Source: Felis catus (taxonomy: Eukaryota). Taken from it: DNA of 64,000 bases. The stretch covers positions 52,392,001 through 52,456,000 of the forward strand of contig NC_058382.1 of assembly GCF_018350175.1 (NCBI RefSeq), written 5' to 3'. Each line of letters starts with the position of its first letter. Position 1 is the stretch's first letter. Under the pieces are notes generated by a model. The model was not told the origin of the DNA, made no database searches, and was given only the letters and a program-made list of their open reading frames with translations. The translations under genes and the position numbers were made by a program. Below are positions 37,741 to 49,615 of the stretch, in pieces.

Positions 37741-39813
37741 CACATTTTTTGAATAACAGAAAACAAAGCCTAGATCTTTCCAGAGACTTTTTCAGAGGCA
37801 CAAGGTGTGGTATAAGAGAAAGGGGGGGGGGTACTTGAGGAGGAAATAAAACACAAAGAAAGGAAGCTTAGGTAGAACCTCCGGTGTGGAAGCACAGATT
37901 TGATCAGGGACCATGATGCCTTCCCTTGTGAGCCAAGCAAGACAAGTGATTTTGCCTGAAGGGGTAGAATGGGAATTTGGAGAGAGGGGTTTTATGGGTC
38001 AGGATCTTTAGTTACCAGCAGATGGGGCTGAGTCAGAAAAGTTTGCTCTCTCGTAAGCCCTGATTCAACTCATGATCTTCCTTGTGCCTCGATGTCCCCA
38101 CCTCGAATCGGCTAACATTCAGATTGTTGATTAGGCAGCAGCCAAGGGTTGTTGAACCATCAGCCCCTTTCAGCCATACAGTAGGCTCTCGGCCAGTGTC
38201 CCTCCCATCGTCCTTTTCTCTGGATAGAGTGTCAAATCAAATTAGACGGCAAGCTGTAGATTTGATCCAGGCACTCTGGAAATTACAGATGTCTTAAATT
38301 CTTCCATACTGAGTGGGAACACAGGCCTGGAAGAGTCTGGGAGTGTTGTCTCTTATCTCCAGCTCTGCACGCACAATTCCTCCGGAATCTCATTTTCTCT
38401 CTCCAACCCATGTGAAACCTGTGTTTCTGCTCCTGGGGACAGCCATGTTGTCTTGATAGAAGAAGTCGTCTTTTAGTTTACTTCCTGGTTCCATTCATAC
38501 CCCGGGGCCATCTGTATTTCACCAGGGCCAGGACTAGGCAAGCCAGACATCGAAGGCATCCAAGTAAGGAGTCACACACCCTCTGGGTTTGTGCAGCTGC
38601 CATCTTGTAGGCTGGACTCGTGGCTCATCTTTGCCCCTGGGACATAGCACCTACTGCCCGGCAGCTCGGGGACAGGTATCCAGGCCGAGTTAAAGGCGCC
38701 TTCCTTTGGGCCACTGCGCCCAACGAGGATGAACTGAGTACGCCACCCTCTGGGGTGTGCGTGTGAGCACGACGCATGGTAGTCTTCCACACGGGGAGGA
38801 CCCTGGTGATGGGAGTGTTGGATCTCCACTGCCCTCGCAGAAGAGCCCGTGTCTGTGCTGTGTGTAGTCGTCACACCATGCACCTCAGGAGCCGCGGACG
38901 AGGAACTGACACAAAATCGATTAAGGACGTGAGGACAGCACTAGTGAACTCCCCAGCTCTGTTCCTTACCGTGGTGCATGCCGCGCAGATCCCTCTGAAA
39001 AGGATTACAGATGTTCTGTTTTGGGTTTTTTTTTTTTCCCTTTTCCCCATCCCTCCCCCTAGCTTTCCCTCTCTGCACCCACGGCGCTCTGCACTTGAAG
39101 CTAAATATAATGATTCTGATTTCCCATCGTACATACTAATCAGGTTTGAAAGTTGTCTTGTGAGGCTTTAAAAAGCTAGCCAAGAGCAGTGCGATTTCTC
39201 CAAAAAGGATGTCTGCAATCAAGGTGATTACGTGGGAAAATAAATCATAATTTATATTGCTGAAAATGGCAATTGCAAAAACACCCTGACAGTACTTCCC
39301 TTTCAGTCTCTTTTTCCCGTGAATGGGTTAAGTGCTGCCCTTCCGAAGCGTTCTTTTTATTTTATTTATTTATTTACTTATTTATTTTTAAGGCGCCAAA
39401 TACCACGGAAGCCACGACAGTCCCGGGGTGATGCGGGTGGTTCCGGAACAGAACCGCCAAGCATTAATGCCAAAAAATGGAACCACCCCCATGTCAAAGA
39501 GAGAGTTCGAAGAAACTGTATCTAGGATCCGTGCACACACATGTGTGAGCACACGCCCATGTACACACATATGTGCATACGTTCTTTGATCATTGTTCTG
39601 TTGAAAAACAGCTTAAATACAGACTCCTAGAACTGAAAGACTTTTAGGAGGCCACCTCTCTCCTGCCCACCTGCCTTTGGGTTAAACAACAGTAAATAAT
39701 CTGAGAGAACGGATGAGTGATGGGATTCAGTCATATCCGTTGGTGTTGGGAACTGTTGCTCAGTGTCTCCTGATCGACGGATATTATGCCCACCAATGCC
39801 TACAGTTAATGCC

Positions 39814-40473
39814 TGTGGTTGATGATAGAAATGGCCATCACTTCTTCTTTCTCCCTTGTGTTGTGATGCCCTAGACAACCCTCCCCCAAAAGTAGGGTCT
39901 GTCCACAGCTCGAATCACCACATGTCATGGAACTTGCCTGGGCCACGGGGCATGTGTGAATGTGACCCAAGCAGAGGCTTGCAAAGTGCCTCTCTGTGGG
40001 CTCTTGCCCACTGGATGCTTCTAGAAGCTTCCGTGTCTGGATGCCAACAAGCCCAGGCTTGCCTGCTGGGTGAGGAGGAACACGTGGCCGTGTGGCCACA
40101 CCACACCAACCAAGAGCCAGCTACCTGCTAGGGGCAGAGCTGCTGGCTGATAGAGGACGCCTGCCCAGTGGCACCCAGACCAAACTGTTGTCTTTTTGTT
40201 TTGTTTTATTTATTTTTTTAATTGATTTATTTTTTAGAGAGAAAGAGGAAGGGCCAGAGAAAGAGAGAGAGAGACAATCCCCAGCAGGCTCTGCACTGTC
40301 AGCATGCAGAACCCTACGTGGGGCTCGAACTCATGAACTGTAAGACCATGACCCAGGCTGATACCAATAGTCGGACACTTAACCGACTTGAGTCACCCAG
40401 GTGCCACAAGTAACAGTTGTTTTTAGTCACTAGTTTTGGGGACTTTTTTTCCACAGCAAACGCTAGCAGAGAC
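39814..40473 (+). mobile_element. MLT1F/G-like solo LTR interrupted by a SINE
   Basis: GCAGAGGCTTGCAAAGTGC..AACAAGCCCAGGCT..GTTGTTTTTAGTCACTAGTTTTGGGG..CACAGCAA. Confidence 0.75.
40192..40406 (-). mobile_element. Can-SINE
   Basis: AATCCCCAGCAGGCTCTGCACTGTCAGC..GGGCTCGAACTCATGAACTG..TTAACCGACT..CACCCAGGTGCC. Confidence 0.92.
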
Positions 40474-41325
40474 AATACTTAAAAATTGAACTCTTTACAA
40501 GCTATTGGAAAGGCTCAGAGTGAGTAGTAGTTTGCCCTTTTCCTCAGAGGTGTAGGCCTGACATGTGGGAGAACAAGGTGGTGAATGAACTCCTGCTGAT
40601 GCTCCAGAGCCAATGTCATGTATCTCAGCAAGCATGAGACTTCCATGGGGGAAGTTCTACCTGCTACAGAGATGGTCAAGAAGTTGAGGATCATTGAAAA
40701 TCTGGTCCCTCTCTCACAAGGATCAGGTCGTTGGGTCCAAGGGGAGGGAATAGAGAGTGGGTGTTAAGACATGGAATGCTGCAGGGAGATCTTCCTCTGA
40801 GTTCTTATGACAAGAAAAGGTGTACTTATCTAAAACAACCAATTTCTTTTTAAATGTCAGTATCATATCTCATAGCATTTCCATCTTTGCTCCGGCCACC
40901 AGGGAGCTCAAAGCCAAAAAGTTTTAGCATATTTTCCCTACCTTCAGCAAAGTCATAGTACCGTTTGGGACCTCTCTGGGAACTAACTTAGTGTCATTCT
41001 TCCTTTTGCCTAATTTCTGTATCTATTTTTCCTCCTCCTTTTTCTTTTTGTTCCCTTTTCTCCTCACTCTTTCACTTTTTTCTTTACTGTTTATATGCAG
41101 TAGGTATTTATATATAATATCTTAAAATTCCCTGCTTTTTTAACAAGGCAGATAATAGTAAAAACAAAACAAGGAAAGAAACAAACAAACAGATACACCA
41201 TGAGATTGTTCAATCTCTGGGACCTGGGAAAGGAATATACACAGGTTCTTGTGTTGTTCCTTCCCATCAACTTTAACTGGTGGGGAGCTTTGCTTTGTCT
41301 TTTCTTTTCTTTTTTGTTTTTAGCT

Positions 41326-41344
41326 TTTTTTTAAGTTTGTTTAT

Positions 41345-41429
<85 letters not shown>

Positions 41430-41592
41430 CCAGGGGAGTGGCAGAGAGAGAGAGGGAGAGAGAGAATCCCACACAGGTTCCACGCTGTTAGCGCAGAGCC
41501 TGGTGCGGGGCTCAAACTCACAAACTGCGACATCATGGCCTAAACTGAAATCAAGAGTTGGTCACTTAACTGCCTGAGCCACCCAGGCGCCT
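41326..41592 (-). mobile_element. Can-SINE with expanded compound (GA)21(GT)19 microsatellite at 41348-41428
   Basis: SINE head GGCGCCTGGGTGGCTCAG on the minus strand; the internal dinucleotide region is expanded. Confidence 0.93.
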
Positions 41593-41697
41593 CTGCCTTG
41601 TGTCTTCATGCATTTATCAGAAGAGGCATCAGGAGTAGGACCATCACAGACTCTGGAGTCAGCAAGCGGTTCTGGGTTTGAATTCTGACTCCTTCAC

Positions 41698-42200
41698 TAT
41701 ATTAGTTTCCCTTCGCTGCTGTAACGAATTACCAAAAACTTAGTGGCTTCAAACAACACATGGTTACACTCTTTCAGTTCTGGAGGTCCTAAGTCCAAAA
41801 TCTGTCTCATTGGCTCGAGGTGTCAGCCGGGCTGGTTCCTTCTGTGCCTCTAGGGGAGAACCCATTTCCTGCCACTTTTAAGCTTCATCCGGCTGCCTGC
41901 AGCCTGGGCTCATGGCCCTCCCCCATCTTCAAGGATGGCATCGTGCCATCCCGTCTCCTTCACTGACTTCCCTTCCCTCATCACCCCGTCCTCCCTTGGT
42001 CTGACCCTCCTGCCTCTTTCTGAGAAGGACCCTTGTGACTACATAAGACACACGTGGATAATCCAAGATAATCCTGCCGTCTCAAAATCTTTAACCACAT
42101 CCACCAGCTGCCTCTTGCCATGTAGCTTGACATATTCACAGATTCTGGGAATTGGGACATGAACATCTCTTTTGGAAGGGGCATTATTCTGTCTACCACA
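41698..42200 (-). mobile_element. MLT1C/D-like solo LTR inserted in a MIR
   Basis: GCTGCTGTAACGAATTACCAAAAACTTAGTGGCTT..AAGGACCCTTGTGACTACAT..GGATAATCCAAGATAATC..ATTCTGTCTACCACA. Confidence 0.92.
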
Positions 42201-42419
42201 CTGCTAGTTCCGGGCCTCAGTTTCCCTTGTCCCTAAGACAGAGCAGCATTCTACAGGCTCTGGGGAAGTGGAAACATCAGCTTTATCAAACAGGATCACA
42301 CAGAGATTGGCGTCTTCTTCCTAAATTACCTTGAGGTCTGTTCTTCAGCCAGAGCGTGGGTGAGGCCATTACATATTCAGCAGCCCAACGTTCATTGAAT
42401 AGAGACTGATGCATCGGTT

Positions 42420-42781
42420 ACCATCTTGGTGTGCCACACCTGCCATAGCAAAACATCACAGACAGTGGCTCAAACACCAGACGTTTGTTTCATACAGTCT
42501 GGAAGCTGGGAAGGCCAACACCACGCCGGCAACAGATTCAGTGACTGGTGAAACCACTTCCAGGTTTCATATGGCCATCTTCTCACCTCGTGGAGAGAGG
42601 AAGGGCTCAGGCCTCTCCTTTTTTCTCCAAAGGTCACGAAGTCCATCATGAGGGCTCCACATTCATGACCTCATGTAAACTGAATCACATCACAAAGACA
42701 ATACTTCCTCTTGCCATCACAATGGGGGTTAAGTATTCAACCTAGGAATTTCGGGGGCACACAGGCTTTCAGGCCGTAACA
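42420..42781 (-). mobile_element. MLT1A-like solo LTR
   Basis: CTGGAAGCTGGGAAG..CATCATGAGGGCTCCACATTCATGACCTCAT..CATCACAATGGGGGTTAAG. Confidence 0.85.
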
Positions 42782-42859
42782 GCTATCTCGCACCTCTGCT
42801 CAGCGACTCAGAAAACAGCAGTGTGTGGCGGAGAAACTGTGGTATGAACGTCCGAAGAG

Positions 42860-43070
42860 CGAGCCCTGTGGCCTTCCCAGGTCTGCCGAGACTCAGCTGC
42901 GTCATCTTGGGACCGTGGCTTCTCCTTGCGGGCCTTCTGTGGCCTCGTCTGTAAAATAAGGGACATAAAATTATCCCCATCACAGGATGGTTCCGAGGAC
43001 CGCGTGAAACCATCCACAGCACGGCTCTCTGTCACCGCGGACCTGTGGGTAGACGTGAGTGCCGGCCAGC
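42860..43070 (+). mobile_element. MIR
   Basis: CAGCTGCGTCATCTTGGG..CCTCGTCTGTAAAATAAGGGACATAA. Confidence 0.65.
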
Positions 43071-43469
43071 TGCCCAAAGTCATGGTCCCCACCACCCCCC
43101 AGCCTCACCGCCGCTCTGCTCCTGGAGGCAAATGCATCTTAGAGTATGGTTTTCATCAGCCAATAGTGCAGCTCACAAGCTGGGGAGTTTTAGGGGCACC
43201 CGCGTGCGTTTTCCTTCCCCCTAGAATTCTTGCCTGAGGGGTGGAAACGAATAGCTAGCTAATGGAGCGCCGATGGCATACCAGGAATGTGCAGATTGCT
43301 TCTTGTGCTTTGTTTTATTTTTCAGTCAAGGGGTCATGACTGTCTTCAGTTTACAGCTGAAGGAATTAAAGCTCAGAGGGACACATCTCTGGATGGTAGT
43401 AGTAAGGGTATTGATGATGGCCGTATTCGTTTTTAAATTCACGACCACTAGAGTTATCATAGCAGAAAC

Positions 43470-43720
43470 TCACAAATGTTGTGTGCCTTCTGAGTGCCAG
43501 TCATGAGGCTAACGTTACACGTTCATCATTCATTGATCCCGCCCCGGAGGAAGGTGTGCTCATCATCCCTGCTTTCAGATGAAGACACTGAGTGAGGCTC
43601 AGAGAGGCCCGAGAATTCTCTCAAGCCCCACCTCAGTGAAGGGCGTGATTGGCAGAGGCCCAGTACGTGTCCCCATCTCCTGCCGCGTTCACAGGGCTGT
43701 GCTGCCTCCCAGAGCCTGTG
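43470..43720 (-). mobile_element. MIR
   Basis: CATCATCCCTGCTTTCAGATGAAGACACTGAG..GGCTCAGAGAGG. Confidence 0.65.
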
Positions 43721-43804
43721 TCTTCCGTAGCCAAGAAGTGGGGTTTGTTTTGTTTTCAAAGGTCCCTAAGCTCACCCCTGCTCCCCACCGTCCCAGACTG
43801 ATAT

Positions 43805-44025
43805 TTAAAAAAAAAAAATTAATGTTTATTCATTTTTGAGAGAAAGAGATAGAGCTCGAGTGGTGGAGGGGCAGAGAGAGGGAGGGAGACACAGAGTCTG
43901 AAGCAGGCTTCAGGCTCTGAGCTGTCATCACAGAGCCTGATGCGGGGTTCGAACCCACAAAGCGTGTGAGATCATGATCTGAGCCGACGTCGGATGCTTA
44001 GCCGACTGAGCCACCCAGGCGCCCC
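43805..44025 (-). mobile_element. Can-SINE with TSD AGACTGATAT
   Basis: SINE body; duplication at 43795-43804 and 44026-44035. Confidence 0.95.
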
Positions 44026-46504
44026 AGACTGATATATTTTTAAAGGGTGACCTTTGCTGCAAAACTAGTTAAAAGAGAACCAACCAGGACCCCCCCAGAC
44101 CATGGAAACTTCCACTTGGCCCACCCACCCACCTTTGTGGCTGAGTTTGTGGCTGAGTCAGGGGAAAGAAAAGGAGAAAGTTCAGCGAAGCCTCCAGCGG
44201 GTGGTCTCGCCCAGGGCCCATTACCAGGCTGGAGTGACAGAGTGTGGCACGCCTGCAGCTCATCCCGTGTCTAATGGAACAGAAATGAGCACCTTACTGC
44301 CCTTGTTTTCCAGTGGCTCGTCCGGGGCTCTGCGAGGTTTATTAATCTCCGCGTATAATGGAAAATGTGTTGCCATGTTAAATCTGGAGCCACTGTTCAC
44401 TGCTCAGAGGATTGAAGGCGGCAGGAGTCTTTGTCTTATTTACAAGCAGTGCGTGGGAGGGACACTTAGGGCAGGAGAATGCTGTCGTAAAAATCCATGT
44501 GGAATTTGAAAGTGTGCATTAATGCATGTGACCAGATGGTTCTAAAATATGCCACTTTAACCAAAAATCATCCTCTGAAAAACTCTTCTGAAGAACATTG
44601 TGCATAATAACTGCCTTGAGCAGGGCCATAATTGTAGAAAATGTATGAGGTACAGGATGGGGAAGAGGGAGGGAAGTGGTTCCTACTTCTCATTACAGGG
44701 TCCCTCCAAATGCCTGCCTGAAAGAAAAAAAAAAATCACCCAATGCAGAGAACCGTGGCACTACTTACACCATTTAGAATCGCTGTGAGTTATTACCCAG
44801 AAATTGCTAACCACTGCTTTCTAAGTTATATATTAAAAAAAATAAGAAGCTTCCAAATTCTGAAACTCCAGAAGCAACCAGCTGTTAGTTACATGTCACA
44901 ATATTCATACTCATGTCTGCAAGTATATTCTTAGGTTTGTTTCCTGCTTGTGTCTTACAAGTTTTAAGGGCCATCAGTCGAAGCGTCTAATAATCTTAAC
45001 ACTGTTGTATTTACACTTGAGATCTTATTATCCTCCCCTTAGCTATGTAAACAGATGAATAACCTGCTTGGGATTCACCCAGATACTTACTGCTTGCTGC
45101 AGACTCCGGGCACAATGAGAAGGGAGACATCCTGTGTCAGCCTTTCGGGCTTGTTCATTAGGCAGAAGGGGAGAACGTCCCAGATAAGCCATCACTGGGG
45201 GCCAGGTGGGGTTACCGCCCAGGCCACTCAATCTGTCCTAGGAGCCCTCAAGTTTTGCACACCATTGTTTAAAGTTGCAAGAGGCCTTGGGACTTTTTTT
45301 TTTTTTTTTTTTTTAAAGGAATCATGCAAGCGGAAATGTGACTCTCCTTAGCAGAAAGGGACTGTTGCCCACCAAAAAAGAGTCCGGAAAATGCTTCGTT
45401 GCCTCTCTCTATTGTGATCAAAACAAGTGGGTGCCTTTTCGTGGCATTAAAACATTATTTTCCTTTATTAAGCCTCCTGTTTCATATCGCTGTTCAAATT
45501 CGACATCTACCTTTAAGTTTGCTTAAAATTATTACCACTTCGTTGACATTCATCTATATGCTTTTCAGTGGGTGTCATCTTCTCATTTGCAGTATACCTT
45601 TTAAGGAGCGGTTGGAAAAAAAAAAAAACAATATACCTTTTAAGGAGCGGTTGGAAAAAAAAAGGGAAAAAAAGGAAAACATGTTAAATGTTAATGATTT
45701 CTTTCCTCACTGCAATTTTTGTCAGCTCCGTTTTGTACATATATGATTATGAAGCAATTTGCATGAAATTTACACCTTTTCAAATTTTGAAAATTGCCTT
45801 GTTGAAAAAGAATCGCTACACTTCTCAATACCGCACTGATTAATCACAGTTATAGAGTAGACATAACATTTTTATTAAACTCTCAGTGAGCAGGAAAATT
45901 AGCACTTCCTGCAATAACCATACTAATTTCATTAGTGAACGTTTTCATTTATAAAGTGCCTCTTCCTTATCTTGAACCTTTTATCCTTTTCTTATTGACC
46001 AAAGAGAGGGCATATCTTTGGGAGCTCGTAATAAACCATCTTCGTAATACGTTGTGACCCCATCGACCAGCTGCTGCTTCCAGCCGATCATCTTCCTTGA
46101 TCATAAATATCCATCGGTACCTTTTATCACATGGGGCTCTTTGGGCTTTCTTTTTGAATTTCAAATATGATGAGATAGTTTCACATCCTTAAGAGCATGC
46201 CATGGGATGATTTTTGGCCAGACTAAAACTCTGAAAGTATCAGGTGGATATAAAGGTAAAGAAAATACAGGCTTTTGTTGATTCATTTTCATATAACTTC
46301 TTTATTGGGTGCGTATGATAAAGGGGAAACAGGAGGGAATACAAGAAAGACTCAGGGAGAAACTAGTGAGGTAGAAATAGGGTCTGCCGGGGTTAGGGGC
46401 CTGGGGTCCAAGCGTCTTATTTATATACAAACTCACATAGGAGTCTCCAGTTCTGCCACAAAGTTCTTTCTGAAACATGTGGGCAGCTGAACTCTTGTGA
46501 TAAT

Positions 46505-46905
46505 TATTTATTTTCCATCACCCTACTGAATGCCGGGTTCTATTTGTGGTGCTGAGGACACAAAGGTGAACCCCCAGGCAAGCCAGCTGCCTCCTCCCAA
46601 CAAAGTTTACATTCCAGTGGGTGAGCCAGTCCAGAAATGAGTAAATGGCTGGATGAAATCTCTTCAGCAGTGATGCCCATTCAGAAGCCAGCAAATATGG
46701 TGTCTTCAAGAAAGGAAGGTCAGGAGTGGACAGGGGCTGCCTCGAGAAGGGATGGAAAGGTGGCATTGAATTGAAGGCTTCAAAGATGAGAGGGAGCCAG
46801 TGATGGAAAGAGCCAGAGGAAAAGTGTTTTAGGCAGAAGGAACCGAGAGTGAAAAGGTGCCCTGTCAAGGCAAACGTTATGCATTGCTGAAGAAATAGCA
46901 TTGAC
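46505..46905 (-). mobile_element. L2 fragment
   Basis: GTGCTGAGGACACAAAGGTGAAC..TTTACATTCCAGTGG..AGTGTTTTAGGCAGAAGGAAC. Confidence 0.75.
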
Positions 46906-47135
46906 CAGAGGGTTTGTTCATGTGCCCTGTGATTTTTAAATTTAGAATTGAGGTCTGTGCTTGATGTGAAATATTGATCGTTTCTTTGTGTCTTAAGTGC
47001 ATTGGGAAAGCTGTATATATTCAAAGTAAAAGAGAAACAGACATTTCTGAACACCCAGTTGGGGAGAAAGGGGCAGTGGCAGCTTCTAAGTGTTATAGGA
47101 AAACAGGTGACTTTCTCTTTGTGTGTCAGTTTTTT

Positions 47136-47381
47136 ATTTTGTATTTTTCATTTATTTTTATTAAAACTTTTTTAATGTTTATTTGATTTTTGAGAGAGAG
47201 ACAGAGCGTGAGCAGAGGAGGGGCAAGCAGAGAGAGAGAGAGAGAGAGACAAAGAATCTGAAACAGGCTCTAGGCTCTGAACTATCAGCACAGCCTGACA
47301 CGGGGCTCAAACCCATGAACTGTGAGATCATGACCTGAGCCAGAGTTGGATGCTTAACCGACTGAGCCACCCAGACACCCC
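47136..47381 (-). mobile_element. Can-SINE with 16-bp TSD TGTGTGTCAGTTTTTT
   Basis: SINE body; duplication at 47120-47135 and 47382-47397. Confidence 0.96.
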
Positions 47382-47674
47382 TGTGTGTCAGTTTTTTTAA
47401 AAAGCGTGGATTATATGGCTTTTTATGTGCCAGTTACAACTTAGAAAGGTAAATGACTCATCCAAGGTCATACCGCCAATAGACTGGAGGGCCAACATGA
47501 ACCACACAAGACTGAAATTTCCCAGTAAAATATACATATTCATTGGACGCATTATGCTTTAACATCACTAATAACCTTTCATTGGGTTATGTCTTGTTTT
47601 GTCATCTTTATGTATAGCTTTTAAAGGGCAGTAACTATCTGATAATTCTGAGTGTCCTTGGAGTACCGTGCTAT

Positions 47675-48500
47675 TAAAAACATGCTCAAATTCAACAGTA
47701 AGCAGACATTGCAATGAACACAAAAATGAAAAGTTATTTCACACTCACCGGATTGGAAAAAAAAAATAAGTACTCTGGAAATACCAAGTATTGGCAAGGA
47801 TACGGAGTAACAGGAAATTTCATACATCCCTGGTCAGAGTATAAATTGATAAAGCCACTTTGGAAAATATTTTGGCATTACCTAACAAAGTCATCCATAA
47901 GGCTATGTAGTTTCACTCCTATGACGTGCCTTTGAGACACTCTTGAAAACTAGAAAAAGTTTGAGAATGATTCTGGCACATTATTTATGGTACCAAGAAA
48001 CTGAAAATTTTCCAAAAGGCATCCATCATAAAATGGGGGAAATAAAAGGTGGTCCTGGATATTCTCTGAGAGGAATACTCGTTAGCAGTGAAAATGAGTG
48101 AATGAATTCCCATAAACTGAATCAACATAGAAGAATCTTGAGAACGCAACGTGGAATTCAAAAAACAGTTACATAGATCCTATACGCAGTATGATTCAAC
48201 TTATAGATAGTCCAAAACATAGGTAGAACTAAACAGATAGAGGATATAAGAATATGTGCTTCATGCCATAAGGAAAAGCAAGCGAACGGGGAGCACAAAA
48301 TATGACCTAGTGCTTCCCCAGGTTGGAGTGGGGTGGGTGGGGTGGAGAGGAAGAGAGAATAATGTCTTGAGGGGACTATGGGGGAGGTACTACAAAGTTC
48401 CATTTAAGTCATTCTGTTTACCATTGTTTAAGCCATACATAAATTACGTATATGAACTCTTTTATTATGTAGGCACATTGCATAATATTGAAAGATTAAA
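47675..48500 (+). mobile_element. Old L1M fragment: decayed ORF2 C-terminus plus 3' UTR
   Basis: ORF 47714-47935 peptide KYWQGYGVTGNFIHPWSEYKLIKPLWK aligns by eye with L1 ORF2 RCWRGCGEIGTLLHCWWDCKLVQPLWK; downstream GGAATACT..GCAGTGAAAATGA and AGTATGATTC UTR motifs. Confidence 0.85.
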
Positions 48501-48989
48501 GATATTCCGGTACCTTGAAACTGAATTAGGTGTTTGGGGCTTGGCTCCTTTGTTTTCTGTCCTTCTTAGTCTTGACCCACCCTGAGCTCTCTTGCCGGAT
48601 GAAAAAATGGGAGAGTGATATTGCCCCGCACAACTCTACTTCCTTCATACTCCAATCTATCCTGTGTGCCAGACACATTTTTCAAAAACACAGTCTTCAC
48701 TATGCTGCTCATCTGTCCAAAAACATTCAGTGGCTCTCATGGCCTCCAGGACTGAGCCCATGTTCCCCAGCCTGTCAGTTCTTTGACCAGTGTTTTCTCT
48801 GCCTCACCATTTTTTCCCCATTATTTGAGTACATTTTCTTGTGCGTAATTGTGTGGTCAGCCGCCAGGCTGGGTATGGGCACAGCAGTGAGCCCTCAACC
48901 CATGGCTTTTGTGGGGCTCATCTGCTTCCTGTCCTTCCAACATCATGTGCTCATTCTTGATATCTACTTGTACACACTCCAGTTTCTGT

Positions 48990-49615
48990 ACTTGAGCTTC
49001 ATTTAGTATTCTTGGTACACAAATCGACGTAAGTTTTGCAGCTTGATGTAACGCATGTTTATCGTTCCATAGTTTTTGTGGGTCAGGCGTCTGGGCATGT
49101 CTTAGCCGGGTTTTCTGCTTAGGGTCTCACAGTCTGCTACAGTCAAGGCCACAGCCTGGCAGTGTTCTCATATAGAAGCCCAACTAGAGAAGAATTGGCT
49201 TCCAGGGTCACCTCCACACCTCCAAGGTCACAAAGGCTGGTTCCTGGCAGACTTCATTTTCTTATAGGTGTATGACCCAAGCCTTCTTGCTGAGAGTTGG
49301 TTGTGGCTGGAGGCCCCCTCAGCGACTAGTGGTGGCCCTCAGCTCCTAGAGCTCAGCCATAGTTCCTTATCACATGGGCTTTCCCAATATGGCAGCTTAC
49401 TTCATCGAGCCAGCAAAGGGAATCTAGAACAAGTTGGCTGGCAAGACATATTCTTATATAACATAATGTGATCACAAGAGTAACATCCAATCAGCTTCTG
49501 TTGGCCGGAAGCACCTCACAGGACCTGCCCACTCTCAGAGCCGGGGAATGACCCGAAGGAATAAGCACCAGGAGGCAGGGATTGTTGGGGGCCTCCTTAG
49601 AGTCTGTTCACCCCA
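48990..49615 (-). mobile_element. MLT1E/F-like solo LTR
   Basis: TGTGGGTCAGG..TCTGCTTAGGGTCTCACA..ATGGCAGCTTACTTCATC..CACCAGGAGGCAGGGAT..CCTTAGAGTCTG. Confidence 0.85.

Noticed and set aside
46518..47054. 178-aa minus-strand ORF
   Set aside because: Overlaps a decayed L2; no recognisable domain
47714..47935. 73-aa ORF with protein similarity
   Set aside because: Decayed L1 ORF2 C-terminus with the cysteines lost; not a host gene
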